A DNA stretch of 36,971 nucleotides from Elusimicrobiota bacterium (GCA_041694815.1 JBGFSC010000022.1:1-36971); one strand, 5' to 3'. Shown: positions 18,069 through 28,422, counted from the stretch's first letter. The notes: generated from the sequence alone by a model not told the origin. Translations and numbers: made by a program.

Positions 18069-19244
18069 ATGCCGTACAACCGTCCCCTATCCCATTCCTC
18101 CATCTCCCTGTATCTGGAGTGCCCCCAAAAGTTCAAGTTCCGCTATATCGACAAGCTCCCCGAGGCCCCGAAATGGTTCTTTTCCTTCGGCCAGAGCCTG
18201 CACGCGGCGCTCGAGTTCTTCTATTCGGTCAAGGCGCTGCCGGCGCCGACGCTCGAGCAGCTGCTCGCCTTTTATAAGGACAACTGGCGCAAGGAGGGCT
18301 ACAAGAGTCCCCAGCAGGAGCTCGAATATTTCGCCGACGGGCGTAGGATACTCGAGGAGTTCTATCGCCTCCATATCGATTCCTACCGCATCCCCTACTT
18401 CGCCGAATATAAATTCGACCTCGAAGTCGACGGCGTCCCGGTCACCGGCTTCGTCGACCGGATCGACAAGCTGGGCAACGGCAACCTGGCCGTCATCGAT
18501 TACAAGACCGGCAAGGACATCAAGCTCGACAGGGTCGAAGGAGATCCCCAGTTGACCCTGTATCAGATGGCGGTCGAGCAGCTGCTCGGCGCCAAGGTGG
18601 AAACCCTTACTTTTTACCACCTGCCCTCGCAGCGCGCCCTGACCACGCGCCCCCGCGCGGCGGACAAGATCGAGGCCTTGCGCGAGCGCATCGTCGACGT
18701 GCACTCCCGCATCCAGGCCGAGCGCTTCGATCCGGACCCGGAGGAAAAGAAATGCCAGTGGTGCGACTATCGCCCGCATTGCCCCGTATTCCGCTCGATG
18801 TACGCGGCGCCGCCCCCGGCGGCTCCGGTGATCCGCAAGAAGGCGATCCTGGCGCCGGCCGCCGACTCCGACCAGGAAAGGCTCGCCGCCCTGGTGGACC
18901 GCTACGGGGATCTTAGGGGCCAGGAGCAGCAGATCCAATCGGAGATCGAGGAGCTCAAGGCGGAGATCGTCTCCCTGCTGCGCAAGAACGGCTATGTCCG
19001 GGCCTTCGGCAACCGCTTCGAGGTGTCGGCCCAGGCCGAGAAGCGCTGGGATTTCAGGGACCGCGGCAAGGTGCTCGAAGCCTTGCGCCGGCACGGGCTC
19101 TACGAGAAGGTGCTCAAGCCCTCGGCGCCGGAGGTCTACCGGCTGCTGGAAAGCCCGGAGCTGCCGGAGGCGGCGCGCGAGGAGATCGAGCGATTAGGCG
19201 AGCGGCGGGATACGGAATCCCTTGAGCTGCGGCGGCTGGATTAA
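18069..19244 (+). CDS. PD-(D/E)XK nuclease, RecB/AddB/Cas4-like with iron-staple cysteines
   Basis: LSHSSI..YLECP, GFVDRID, VIDYKTG, QLTLY, CQWCDYRPHCP; coiled-coil C-terminal extension. Confidence 0.88.
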   Translation: MPYNRPLSHSSISLYLECPQKFKFRYIDKLPEAPKWFFSFGQSLHAALEFFYSVKALPAPTLEQLLAFYKDNWRKEGYKSPQQELEYFADGRRILEEFYRLHIDSYRIPYFAEYKFDLEVDGVPVTGFVDRIDKLGNGNLAVIDYKTGKDIKLDRVEGDPQLTLYQMAVEQLLGAKVETLTFYHLPSQRALTTRPRAADKIEALRERIVDVHSRIQAERFDPDPEEKKCQWCDYRPHCPVFRSMYAAPPPAAPVIRKKAILAPAADSDQERLAALVDRYGDLRGQEQQIQSEIEELKAEIVSLLRKNGYVRAFGNRFEVSAQAEKRWDFRDRGKVLEALRRHGLYEKVLKPSAPEVYRLLESPELPEAAREEIERLGERRDTESLELRRLD

Positions 19245-19564
19245 GTGGAAAAAGAGCTGCCGCAGGAACAGCTGGTTTTGGCGTTCGGGTTCTCGATCAC
19301 GAAGCCGGATTTCATCAAGCTCGACTGGTAATCCACCGTGGAACCGAATAGGAAGAACTCGGACTTAGGGTCGACCACCAGTTTCGCGCCGTTGGACTCG
19401 TAGACCTTGTCGTCGGCCGTCCTTTGGTCGGTCAAATCGAACTCGAGATTCAGCCCCGAGCAGCCGCCGGAGCTGACCTTCAGGCGCAAAAAGCCCTCGG
19501 CCTTGCCCTTTTTCTCCAGCAAGGCCCGCACCTGATGGGCGGCTTTAGGAGTCAGCGCGATCAT
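19241..19564 (-). CDS. iscA: A-type Fe-S carrier (HesB/IscA family)
   Basis: LRLKVSSGGCSGL, NPNAKTSCSCGSSF. Confidence 0.92.
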   Translation of the reverse strand: MIALTPKAAHQVRALLEKKGKAEGFLRLKVSSGGCSGLNLEFDLTDQRTADDKVYESNGAKLVVDPKSEFFLFGSTVDYQSSLMKSGFVIENPNAKTSCSCGSSFST

Positions 19565-19600
19565 TTACGGTGCCAGGCACCGCCTCGCGGAGCCAAGCAC

Positions 19601-19924
19601 CTAAAACTGGTTCGAATTCCCGCAGCCGCAGGTTTTCTTCACGTTAGGGTTCTGTATCTTGAACCCCGATCCCGTGGCGTCCTCGACGAAATCGATCTTC
19701 GAATCCTTCAGGAAGCCGGCCGACTGGGAGTCGATGAGTATCGAGAAGCCGTTGCTGGGGATCTCGTTATCGCCGTCCTTCTTGACGTCGAAGCCGAAGG
19801 CGTACTCGTAACCCGAGCAGCCGCCGGGCTGAACGGCGATGCGCAAGGCTTTGCCCTGGGCCGAGGGCTCGGCCTTAAAAAACTCCTGTATCTTCGAAAC
19901 GGCGCTGTCGGTGAGCGTGATCAT
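19601..19924 (-). CDS. A-type Fe-S carrier (HesB/IscA/ErpA family)
   Basis: LRIAVQPGGCSGYEY, NPNVKKTCGCGNS. Confidence 0.92.
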   Translation of the reverse strand: MITLTDSAVSKIQEFFKAEPSAQGKALRIAVQPGGCSGYEYAFGFDVKKDGDNEIPSNGFSILIDSQSAGFLKDSKIDFVEDATGSGFKIQNPNVKKTCGCGNSNQF

Positions 19925-19970
19925 GTTTTACCTCGCGTACCATTTATTATAGCGGGCCCGCCCGTCGGAT

Positions 19971-20648
19971 TCAACAGGCGATCTTGCGGGCCTCGCAGAC
20001 GCCGTCGAGCAGTCCATTGAGCGCGTCGCAGGCCTCGGACACCGCCGAAACAATCCCGCGCCGCTGCTCATCCGTGGAGGCCGCCTCCAAAATTTCGCGT
20101 TCGCATCGGCTATGCCATTCGTCGACTTCTCGGTGGGTCTCGAAAAAGCCCAAGGCGTCGGCGCTCCTTAGCCCGTAGCGGTTCTTGAGCCCGTCGATTT
20201 TGGCCGCCGCGACCGCCGGCTGCTGGGCCTCGTAGGCGTACAGGGCGGCAAGCCCGCGTTTGAAGTCGCCGTCCCTGCTGAGCGTGGTGAATTTTTCCAC
20301 GCAGGCCGCCGTCGCGGGGTGCGGGGCGCAATCCCGGACGGATTCCCGGCTGGCACCCACCGACTCGGCAAAGCGCAGCCAGAGCTCCGGGTGATTATCC
20401 GGCCCCTGCTCCTCATGAGCCAGATTCTCGAGCAGCATCTGCCGGGTGCGAAGGTCCGGGCAATTGGAGTGGACTGCGCTCAAGTAACGCGCGAAGCGCG
20501 ATTCCTGCTGGTAATACTGGCGCGCGTATTCGGCCAGATCCTCGAGGCTCAGGCTTCCCCGGGTCCACGCCTGATAGAAAGGATGCTTGAGCAGCGATTT
20601 ATCCTCGATGATTTCCTCGACTTCCTGCCACCAGGTATTTTCGGACAT
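19971..20648 (-). CDS. CADD/CT610-family heme-oxygenase-like dimetal oxidase (putative pABA synthase)
   Basis: LLKHPFYQAW, YARQYY, ENLAHEE...NHPELW, ALYAYEAQ...KIDGL, FFETH..VDEWH. Confidence 0.88.
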   Translation of the reverse strand: MSENTWWQEVEEIIEDKSLLKHPFYQAWTRGSLSLEDLAEYARQYYQQESRFARYLSAVHSNCPDLRTRQMLLENLAHEEQGPDNHPELWLRFAESVGASRESVRDCAPHPATAACVEKFTTLSRDGDFKRGLAALYAYEAQQPAVAAAKIDGLKNRYGLRSADALGFFETHREVDEWHSRCEREILEAASTDEQRRGIVSAVSEACDALNGLLDGVCEARKIAC

Positions 20649-21012
20649 TGTATCTCCTCAATTAAAGAGTGGTGGAATTATAGCCATCGCGGGATAATCC
20701 GTCAACCCGTTTTTCAAGTCCGCTTCAAGGCCGGTTGTGGTGCGATGAAAAAGGTTGCATAAATAAGGGTTTTTCTCTGAATCTTTCTTTCCTGGGCAGC
20801 GGCGGCGATTTCCGGCATACTTTAAGCATGGCAAAGAATTGTGGCTGGCTTAAAAAGCGAGAGACCCAGGTCAAATTAATAAAGAATTATATATATATTT
20901 CTACAATAATCGTCAAATTTACCTATAAAATGCGACAGGCCAAAAGTCCCATGAGAATGGGCCCTTGGACCCTTCTCAGAACCCCTCCGGCGGTGGTATA
21001 GTGAGAACCTAT

Positions 21013-21816
21013 ATGATCAAGGATGGGAAACCTCAGGCGCTTGGCCTTGCCATTCTCTTGTGGACGGCCAGCCTCTCCAGCGACACGCCGATCCCTGCTG
21101 CCGAGATGGCGAGGCCGGTGGCGGCGCTTCATCTAGCCCCCGCCGAACGGCTGCGCGACGCACTGGGACCGGCTCTACGGGCCTCCGTGCCCGTATCCCC
21201 CCTGCGCCCCGGTTGGAAGCCGGGAAGCTCCGTCAAGAAGGTGGCCCATCCGATCTCCCGCACCCCTCTCTCGGCCAAGGATATCGCGAAGCTGGTCGTT
21301 CCCCTCCCCAAGGAGACGCAGGCTTACAAAAGGACTTTCCGCATCCTTTTATCGAACCTGGAGAAGACGGACCGCTACGATAAGCTCATCGCGAAATACG
21401 CGGCCGAATACCGATTGAACCCGCGCCTGCTTAAGGCCATCATCGCGGCGGAATCCGAATTCAACACGGACGCCGTCTCGCCGCGCGGGGCGCGGGGCCT
21501 CATGCAGCTCATCCCCGCCACCGCCGAGGAGATGGGGGTACCGGGCGAAAAACTGCACGACCCGGAAGCCAATATACGAGCCGGCGCCGCCTACCTGCAT
21601 TTTCTCTTCGTGCACGGCTCCAAGAAATTTAAGGTTGACAACAACCGACAATTCGCGCAAGCCCCACTTTGGTTGACCGAGCGGGTGATCGCCGCCTACA
21701 ACGCGGGCCCGCGTTTCCTCAATAAGTTGCCCCTGCATACCGAAACCCGGCTGTACGTCCGCAAGGTCGTCTTGTTCCTGCGCACCAGCGTGACGGACCT
21801 GCGCCGGCTCCACTAG
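21013..21816 (+). CDS. Lytic transglycosylase (SLT domain), exported
   Basis: AIIAAESEFN..AVSPRGARGLMQL, NIRAGAAYL, AAYNAGP; start uncertain (20965-21013). Confidence 0.88.
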   Translation: MIKDGKPQALGLAILLWTASLSSDTPIPAAEMARPVAALHLAPAERLRDALGPALRASVPVSPLRPGWKPGSSVKKVAHPISRTPLSAKDIAKLVVPLPKETQAYKRTFRILLSNLEKTDRYDKLIAKYAAEYRLNPRLLKAIIAAESEFNTDAVSPRGARGLMQLIPATAEEMGVPGEKLHDPEANIRAGAAYLHFLFVHGSKKFKVDNNRQFAQAPLWLTERVIAAYNAGPRFLNKLPLHTETRLYVRKVVLFLRTSVTDLRRLH

Positions 21817-21887
21817 GCCCATCGGCACCCGGCCGTAGGCCTTAAGGCCCTCCCGCGCTCCAGCCGGCGGCGCTACACTCCAACTGT

Positions 21888-23231
21888 ATGAAAAGGGCCC
21901 TGCTCGCGGCCTGCGCCGCCGGGATCGTTTCACTGTCTCCGAGCGCCGCCTTCTCCGGCCGCCTGCTGCGCGCCGAACGGCACCAGCTCGCCAACGGCCT
22001 TACGGTTATCCTCCACGAGGATCATTCGCTTCCGATCGTGGCGGTCAACGTCTGGTACAACGTGGGCTCCAAGAACGAGGAGAAGGGTAAGAGCGGATTC
22101 GCCCATCTCTTCGAGCACTACTACATGTTTGAGGGCAGCTCGCATGTCCCACGGGGGCAGTTCGACAAGATCGTCTACGCCGCGGGCGGCTACAGCCAGG
22201 CCTATACGGAGCGGGATTGGACCTCCTACGTCGACGTGGTCCCCTCCGAGAATCTCGAAGAGCTGCTCCGCCTGGAGTCCGACCGCATGGGATTCTTGAA
22301 CATCGGCGATCCCGCGCTCTTCGAAAAACAGCGGCGCATCGTCAAACAGGAGATGCATGAGGAACGCAACGTCGCCTTCGGGGACAACGGCGCGCGGCTC
22401 GCCGAGACGATATTCGAGAACGGCCATCCCTATCGTTCCGATTGGATCGGCTCGAGCGCCGACCTGGACAAGGCGTCCCTCGAGGACATCCGCCGCTTCC
22501 ACGCCGACTTCTACCGGCCCAACAACGCCATCCTGACCGTCTCCGGCGATCACGACCGCCGCTCGACCCTCGCGATGGTCCGAAAATGGTTCGAATCCAT
22601 ACCTGCCGGGCCGCCGCCGCCCGCGCCGCCGTTTCCCGGCGCCTCGCCGCCCTCCGCGGCCAGACGCCTCTTCGCCGATGACAAGGCGCAGTCGACCGAG
22701 CTGCTCATGGGCTTTCGAATACCCGGCAAAGGCTCTCCGGGCTGGCTGGAGCTCTCCGCCCTCGCCTCGATATTGGCCGAGGGACGGAGCTCTCGCCTCG
22801 TCCGCTCCCTTCGCGACGAGCGCGGACTCGTGCAAAAGATCGAGGCCGGGCTCTGGGGTCTTAAGGAGACCGACCTCTTCGTCATCACCGCCGTGCTCGC
22901 CGAGGGCGCGGCTCCCGCGGAGGTCGAGAACGCCGTCAACGCCGAGATCGAGCGCCTCGCCAAGGAGGGGGTGCGCCCGCCCGAGATGCGGCGGATGAAA
23001 GCCCAATGGCTAACGGGACAGCTCGACGCCTTGCAGAACGCGGAAAACGTCGCCGAGGCCCTGGCCCGAGGCCAACACTATGAAGGCGACCCGGCGGCGG
23101 TCGAAAGGCAAAAGGAGAGGATCCTCCGCATGAAGCCGTCAGCCCCGCAACAGGCGGCGCAACAACACCTTCGTCCCGAAAACGGCGCCGTCGTGGTCAT
23201 CGCCCCTGAAACCGGGAGGAAAGAGCCGTGA
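21888..23231 (+). CDS. M16 family zinc peptidase, catalytic subunit
   Basis: Signal peptide; GFAHLFEH (HxxEH); LESDRM; FYRPNNAIL. Confidence 0.92.
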   Translation: MKRALLAACAAGIVSLSPSAAFSGRLLRAERHQLANGLTVILHEDHSLPIVAVNVWYNVGSKNEEKGKSGFAHLFEHYYMFEGSSHVPRGQFDKIVYAAGGYSQAYTERDWTSYVDVVPSENLEELLRLESDRMGFLNIGDPALFEKQRRIVKQEMHEERNVAFGDNGARLAETIFENGHPYRSDWIGSSADLDKASLEDIRRFHADFYRPNNAILTVSGDHDRRSTLAMVRKWFESIPAGPPPPAPPFPGASPPSAARRLFADDKAQSTELLMGFRIPGKGSPGWLELSALASILAEGRSSRLVRSLRDERGLVQKIEAGLWGLKETDLFVITAVLAEGAAPAEVENAVNAEIERLAKEGVRPPEMRRMKAQWLTGQLDALQNAENVAEALARGQHYEGDPAAVERQKERILRMKPSAPQQAAQQHLRPENGAVVVIAPETGRKEP

Positions 23232-24682
23232 ACGCGGCCCTCGTATGGATCGCCCTGACGGGCGCGGCGTTCGCCGAACCCATCCCCAGGCCTCCGCAGA
23301 CGCCGTTGGACCGTTCCAAGCCCGTTCCTCCCGCCTCCCCGCTGCGCCTGCCCCACGTGGAGGAAGCCTCTCTGGAAAATGGGCTCAAGATCGCGCTGCT
23401 CGAAATGAGGCGGCTACCCCTCGTTTGCGTCCGGGTCATTTTTCCCTTCGCCGGCTCCAGCTTCGACCCCCAGGGAAAGGCCGGCCTGGCCGACCTGCTC
23501 GCCCTCATGCTCACGGATGGCACGCTCCGCGCGGACGGGCGGCGCTTCGCCGAGGCCGTGGAGAATCTCGGCGCGCGCTTGGAGATTTCGGCGGAGGCGG
23601 ACGCGCTCGTCGCGACCGTATTCGCGATGAGAAGCAACATCGATCCCGCGATGCGCCTGTTGGCCTCCGCGCTGCGCGGGCCGTCCCTGAAGGCGGACTC
23701 CCTCAAACGGAACCGGCGGAGCCTGATTTCGGGCCTGAAAGAAACGAAGGGGGATCCCGGAGCCCTCGCCGAAGACCGGCTCCTCCGCCGTGTGCACGAG
23801 GGATCCCTCTACGGGCATCGGCGCACGGAAGCCTCCCTTTCGGCCGTCTCGCTTAAGGATATCCGCGCCTTCCACGAGTCTCAAGTCCGGCCGGATGGAG
23901 CGATCGTCGCCGCCAGCGGGGATATCGACCTCGAGAAGCTCCAGGCGTTGGTTTTCGAGCATTTCGGCCATTGGTCGGCCAAGGCCTCCGTTCCGCGGAA
24001 GGACCCGGCCGCGCCCTCGCCGGGCGCACAGGCCCGCGGCATGACGATCGAAATATTTGATTTTCCCGGCGCCCTCCAATCCTCCGTCCGCGTCGGTCGG
24101 CCGGCGCTCCACAGGAGCCATCCGGATTACGCCGCGGCCGAATTGATGAACTTCATACTCGGAGACGAGAATAATTTCCTCAGCCGCCTCAATCAAAACC
24201 TGCGCGAGAGGCGCGGCTGGACCTACGGCGCCCTCTCCGAACTGCGATCGTTCAAGAACGGCGGGCGTCTGATCGTCAGCGCCGACGTGCAGACGGACGC
24301 GACGGCGGCCGCGCTTCGCGAGATACTGCGGGAGCTCTCCCTGCTGCGGGAGGAGGCGATCGGCGCCGAGGAGCTGGAGGCCATGAAGCGCTCGATGTGC
24401 GGGGCCTTCCTGATCAACCAGCAAACGGTTCAGCAGACCGCCGAGGAAGTGGGTGACATCGAACTGCACGGCCTGCCCGCCGACACCCTGGCGACGGCCC
24501 GCGAGCGGATCATGGCGGTCACCGCCGCCGACGTGCAGCGCGCGGCGAAGGCCTATTTGAGCGCCGAAAGCCTTCGCGTCGTGATCGCGGGCGACGCCTC
24601 GAAAATCCAAGGGGATTTAAGCCTGATCGCCCCGGTGCGGGTTTTAGACGCCGACAGCAAACCGAAAGGCCCCGCGGGTTAG
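23228..24682 (+). CDS. M16 family peptidase, non-catalytic partner subunit
   Basis: No HxxEH; SRLNQNLRERRGWTYG (R/Y pair); GTGA overlap with the upstream gene. Confidence 0.88.
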   Translation: MNAALVWIALTGAAFAEPIPRPPQTPLDRSKPVPPASPLRLPHVEEASLENGLKIALLEMRRLPLVCVRVIFPFAGSSFDPQGKAGLADLLALMLTDGTLRADGRRFAEAVENLGARLEISAEADALVATVFAMRSNIDPAMRLLASALRGPSLKADSLKRNRRSLISGLKETKGDPGALAEDRLLRRVHEGSLYGHRRTEASLSAVSLKDIRAFHESQVRPDGAIVAASGDIDLEKLQALVFEHFGHWSAKASVPRKDPAAPSPGAQARGMTIEIFDFPGALQSSVRVGRPALHRSHPDYAAAELMNFILGDENNFLSRLNQNLRERRGWTYGALSELRSFKNGGRLIVSADVQTDATAAALREILRELSLLREEAIGAEELEAMKRSMCGAFLINQQTVQQTAEEVGDIELHGLPADTLATARERIMAVTAADVQRAAKAYLSAESLRVVIAGDASKIQGDLSLIAPVRVLDADSKPKGPAG

Positions 24683-26562
24683 ATCTGTATCTGCCGCCCT
24701 ATCTCGATGACCCGGTTGTAGGGCAGCCGGAAATACTCGGTCGGCCGCAGCGCGTTCCGGTACAGGAAGGAGAACAGCCGCAGACGCCAGGGCAGCATCC
24801 GGCCGCGCTCGGTGGTCACCAGGGTGTTGTTGCTCAAGATATAGGTAACGAGCGCGGGATTCATCTGGAGGTCCTTGTGCTGCTCGAGCCGCTGGAGTAT
24901 ATCCGGGATATTGGGGTCCTCCATGAAGCCGTAACGCACCACGACCTGGTGGAAATCGGGCGCGAGCGACTCCACCGAGACCCGGTCACCGTCGACGACG
25001 CGAGGGACCTCCTCCGTCAGCACGGTGATGAAGAAATTGCGCTCATGGAGAACCTTATTATGCTTGAGGTTGTGGAGAAGGGCGCTGGGCGTCGCCCCCG
25101 CCGTGCTGTTAAGGAACACGGCGATGCCGGGCACGCGCGTGATCTGATCCCGGGAAATCTGCCGGACGAAATCGCCCAGGGGCAGGGAACCTTCCCGCTG
25201 CAGGGCGTTCAAGATGTCCTGGCCCTTCTGCCAGGTCGTGAACACGGTCGCCACCAATGCCGCGATCACCAACGGGAACCATCCTCCTTGTGCGATCTTG
25301 ACGCTATTGGCGCCGAAAAAGACGAGGTCGATCACCAAAAAGCCTCCGGTCACCGCCAAGGCCGTCGATCGCTTCCATCCCCATACATACCTCGAGACGA
25401 TATAGGCCAAAAGCGTCGTGATGATCATCGTCACCGAGATGGCGATGCCGTAGGCGGAGGCGAGATTCGTGGAGCGCTTGAAACCGATCACGAGGGCCGC
25501 CGTGGCGACGAGCAGGGCCCAGTTCACCGAAGGGATATAAATCTGCCCGATCTCATGGGAGGAGGTATGGATGATATGCGCGCGCGGCAGAAAGCGCAAT
25601 TGCACGGCCTGCCGGGTCAGGGAGAAGACCCCTGAGATGACGGCCTGAGAGGCGATGACGGTCGCCAGGGTCGCCAGCAACACCGTCGGATAGAGGGCGA
25701 ATTCCGGCACCAAGCGGTAGAACGGGTTATGCGCCGTGCCCGGATCCCGCAACAGGAGAGCCCCCTGGCCGAAATAGTTGAGCAGCAGCGCCGGCGCGGC
25801 GACCGTGAACCAATCGATCTGAATGGGCCTCTCGGAAAAATGGCCGAGGTCGGCGTAAAGGGCCTCCGCGCCGGTCGCCACCAGGAACACGGCCCCTAGG
25901 ACCAAATACCCCGAAAAGCCGTTCCTCCACAAGAAATCCGCCGCGTAGAGCGGATTAAACGCCGCCAAAACCGCCGGCTCGCGGGAGATGCTCCACGCCC
26001 CCAGTCCCGCCAGGCAAAAAAACCAAAGGATGATGATCGGGCCGAAAACTATCCCCACGCCGGTGGTACCCTTGCGCTGAAACAGGAACAGGACCGCCAG
26101 TATCGCGACGGTGATAGGGATCACGTAGGGCGACAGGAAAGGAGTGGCGACCTCCAGCCCTTCGACGGCGCTGAGCACCGAGATCGCCGGGGTGAGCATG
26201 CCGTCGCCATAGAGCAGGGCCGCCCCGAAAAGACCCAGCGCCAAGACGAATTTCTGGGTCCACGGGCCGATGGTGGGAGAGCGCGCCAACGCCATCATGG
26301 CCAGGATCCCTCCCTCTCCCTTGTTGTCCGCTCGGAGCACGTAGACGAGGTACTTGAGCGTGACCAAAATCAACAGGGTCCATACGATGAGCGATAAAAC
26401 GCCCAGGATATTATCGTGCGTGACGGGAACCGAATGGGGGCCGTAAAAGCACTCTCGAATGGCGTAAAGGGGACTGGTGCCTATGTCCCCGTACACTACG
26501 CCCAAGGCGGTCAGGCAGAGCAGCGCCAGGCGGGAACGCGAAGTAGTATGCTGTTCGGCCAA
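24679..26562 (-). CDS. kup: KUP/HAK/KT potassium uptake protein
   Basis: LGVVYGDIGTSPLYA, ADNKGEGG, LTPAISVLSAVEG, GAEALYADLGHF, GQIYIP. Confidence 0.96.
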   Translation of the reverse strand: MAEQHTTSRSRLALLCLTALGVVYGDIGTSPLYAIRECFYGPHSVPVTHDNILGVLSLIVWTLLILVTLKYLVYVLRADNKGEGGILAMMALARSPTIGPWTQKFVLALGLFGAALLYGDGMLTPAISVLSAVEGLEVATPFLSPYVIPITVAILAVLFLFQRKGTTGVGIVFGPIIILWFFCLAGLGAWSISREPAVLAAFNPLYAADFLWRNGFSGYLVLGAVFLVATGAEALYADLGHFSERPIQIDWFTVAAPALLLNYFGQGALLLRDPGTAHNPFYRLVPEFALYPTVLLATLATVIASQAVISGVFSLTRQAVQLRFLPRAHIIHTSSHEIGQIYIPSVNWALLVATAALVIGFKRSTNLASAYGIAISVTMIITTLLAYIVSRYVWGWKRSTALAVTGGFLVIDLVFFGANSVKIAQGGWFPLVIAALVATVFTTWQKGQDILNALQREGSLPLGDFVRQISRDQITRVPGIAVFLNSTAGATPSALLHNLKHNKVLHERNFFITVLTEEVPRVVDGDRVSVESLAPDFHQVVVRYGFMEDPNIPDILQRLEQHKDLQMNPALVTYILSNNTLVTTERGRMLPWRLRLFSFLYRNALRPTEYFRLPYNRVIEIGRQIQI

Positions 26563-26580
26563 CGGCTCTATACTAGCATT

Positions 26581-28422
26581 TTAGCGGGCGGGTGTCGGCG
26601 GGGGCCGGAGGGCCAAAACAGGCGCGTATAGGCCCTTGAGTTCCCGTTTCCACCAGTTCCCCGATTCCCGGCGTCCGGCCGGGGAATTGAAGCGGTATTC
26701 ATATAGCACGGCCCGGATCAATTTGGGCGGCTCGCCCTTAAACGGATCCTCGCCGAGTAAGGACAACACGGATTTTTCTCCTTGCAATATTCGCCCCATC
26801 AGATTCAAAAGCCATATATTTCCTTGATAATTTCCAAGCGCGGCGAACCACATCTGCCAGTCGAGGCGAGGCTGATGCGGGGCGACGAATCGCGGAGCCC
26901 TCTGCGGGTCTCCAGGCTTGTAACGAAACTCGTAAGGCAGCCATACCTTCCCCTCCCGGCTGCCCTCGATCACGATCTCGGGGCGCTTGACCGTCATCAC
27001 CGCGAATAGCCCGTAATTGTTGACCGATCGCCACGGCTCGAAGGCGTGATAGAAGACGGCCAGCCGCCGCGGAATGCTTCGGGTCCACATCGCCTGCGTC
27101 AGGATCAGGCTTAAGGCCAGCAAGGGAAGACCGGCAACCATGCGGAGCCGGTCGGGCAGCGGCGACAGAGCGCCGCCCTGGCCGGGCGAGGGCGGCGCGG
27201 GCAAAAAACGCCGCCAAAGCGAGTCGTCGAAGAGCGGCAGGCAGAGGGCGATGGAGAGCAGGTTGAAATAAGCGTAGTTTCCGGTTATTTCCAGCATAGC
27301 CTGAAACAGGATGAACGTGGCGCCCGCGGCGATTCGTGGGCGCCGCGGCATGAAAAGCAAGAACGGCAACGCCAATTCGACGAAAAAGACCAGGCCGGTC
27401 GATAGAATGTGGAACCGGGCGGGAAGATGGTGGACATACCAGGCGATCCAGTTCGGCAGAGGCTGTGTCTCGTAATGGAATTGCAGGGCCGTCCAATCCC
27501 GCCATACCAGATCTCCGCTGAGCAGCTTCACGCAGCCCGATTGGAACATCAGCCGGAACAGCAGCCATCGGAGCAGCAATAGGATGAACGCCGAGGGAGG
27601 CCTTTCCTTCGCCGGCCGCGGCCATATTCCCCAAGGGGCCAGAAGCATCGCCAGAAATCCGGCCTCCAGGAGCAGATTATCCCATTGGAAGGCCAAGAAC
27701 TCCTGGCCGATATTGACGAAGGACAAATAGAGCGCCCACAAGGCTAAAAACACCGGCCCTGGCCATATCCCGGCCATGCCCAGAAGCGAAAGGATCATCC
27801 CGGCGCCGCAGGCCCAATGGAGCGACGCGTCCAGAGGCAGGAACCAAAAAAGCGTCGGCAGCTTCCAGAAGGGCCGAGGCCCGAGCGGGACCGATACTCG
27901 CTGCAACAACTCCTTGGCCGGCAGCACGCCGGACTGTCCCCAAAGCCCGGCGATCTGCGGCCAGAGCGATGCGAAAGCGATCAAATAGACCGCCCCCATG
28001 GCGAACAAGAAAATCCGGCGCGAGAGAAAGAACGTTTCCGGCTCCTCTAGCGTACCCCAAAGCCATCGCGTAAGCCGGGAAAACGCCGTTCGATGCCGCG
28101 CGACGAACCGGTACGCCCTCTCCGATACCGGGGCGAAGCCGGGAATCCTGCGGTAGGCCCAAAGCGCCCAGCCGCCGCGCGGAGCCATGCTCAAGGCGGC
28201 GAACACGGCCTCGGCCCCCGAATACGCCTTCCCCTCGGAGTCGAAAAAATGGACGGCTTCGGCGAAGCGTTCGGTGGAAACGCCGCGGTAATCCCCGGTC
28301 TCCTGGTAGGGGCGAAATTCGACCCACGGACCCAATTTGTGCCGCCAGCGCTTCACCCAGCGTAGGCAAAAACCGCAATTGCCGTCGTAGATTAGCACGG
28401 AAGGCCTAGGCACAAAATTCAT
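26581..28422 (-). CDS. Lipase maturation factor family membrane protein with N-terminal DCC1-like thioredoxin-fold domain
   Basis: N-terminal YDGNCGFC; FQWDNLLLEAGFL, HYETQPLP, PHQPRLDWQMWFAA. Confidence 0.9.
   Translation of the reverse strand: MNFVPRPSVLIYDGNCGFCLRWVKRWRHKLGPWVEFRPYQETGDYRGVSTERFAEAVHFFDSEGKAYSGAEAVFAALSMAPRGGWALWAYRRIPGFAPVSERAYRFVARHRTAFSRLTRWLWGTLEEPETFFLSRRIFLFAMGAVYLIAFASLWPQIAGLWGQSGVLPAKELLQRVSVPLGPRPFWKLPTLFWFLPLDASLHWACGAGMILSLLGMAGIWPGPVFLALWALYLSFVNIGQEFLAFQWDNLLLEAGFLAMLLAPWGIWPRPAKERPPSAFILLLLRWLLFRLMFQSGCVKLLSGDLVWRDWTALQFHYETQPLPNWIAWYVHHLPARFHILSTGLVFFVELALPFLLFMPRRPRIAAGATFILFQAMLEITGNYAYFNLLSIALCLPLFDDSLWRRFLPAPPSPGQGGALSPLPDRLRMVAGLPLLALSLILTQAMWTRSIPRRLAVFYHAFEPWRSVNNYGLFAVMTVKRPEIVIEGSREGKVWLPYEFRYKPGDPQRAPRFVAPHQPRLDWQMWFAALGNYQGNIWLLNLMGRILQGEKSVLSLLGEDPFKGEPPKLIRAVLYEYRFNSPAGRRESGNWWKRELKGLYAPVLALRPPPTPAR

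Noticed and set aside
18069..19244. CRISPR-Cas system suggested by the Cas4-like nuclease
   Set aside because: No repeat-spacer array or other cas genes seen in the window.
21930..24610. Long antisense ORFs (358 and 398 aa) opposite the M16 genes, and similar ones at 18087-19094 and 32690-33478
   Set aside because: Typical shadow ORFs of high-GC coding strands with no recognisable motifs.
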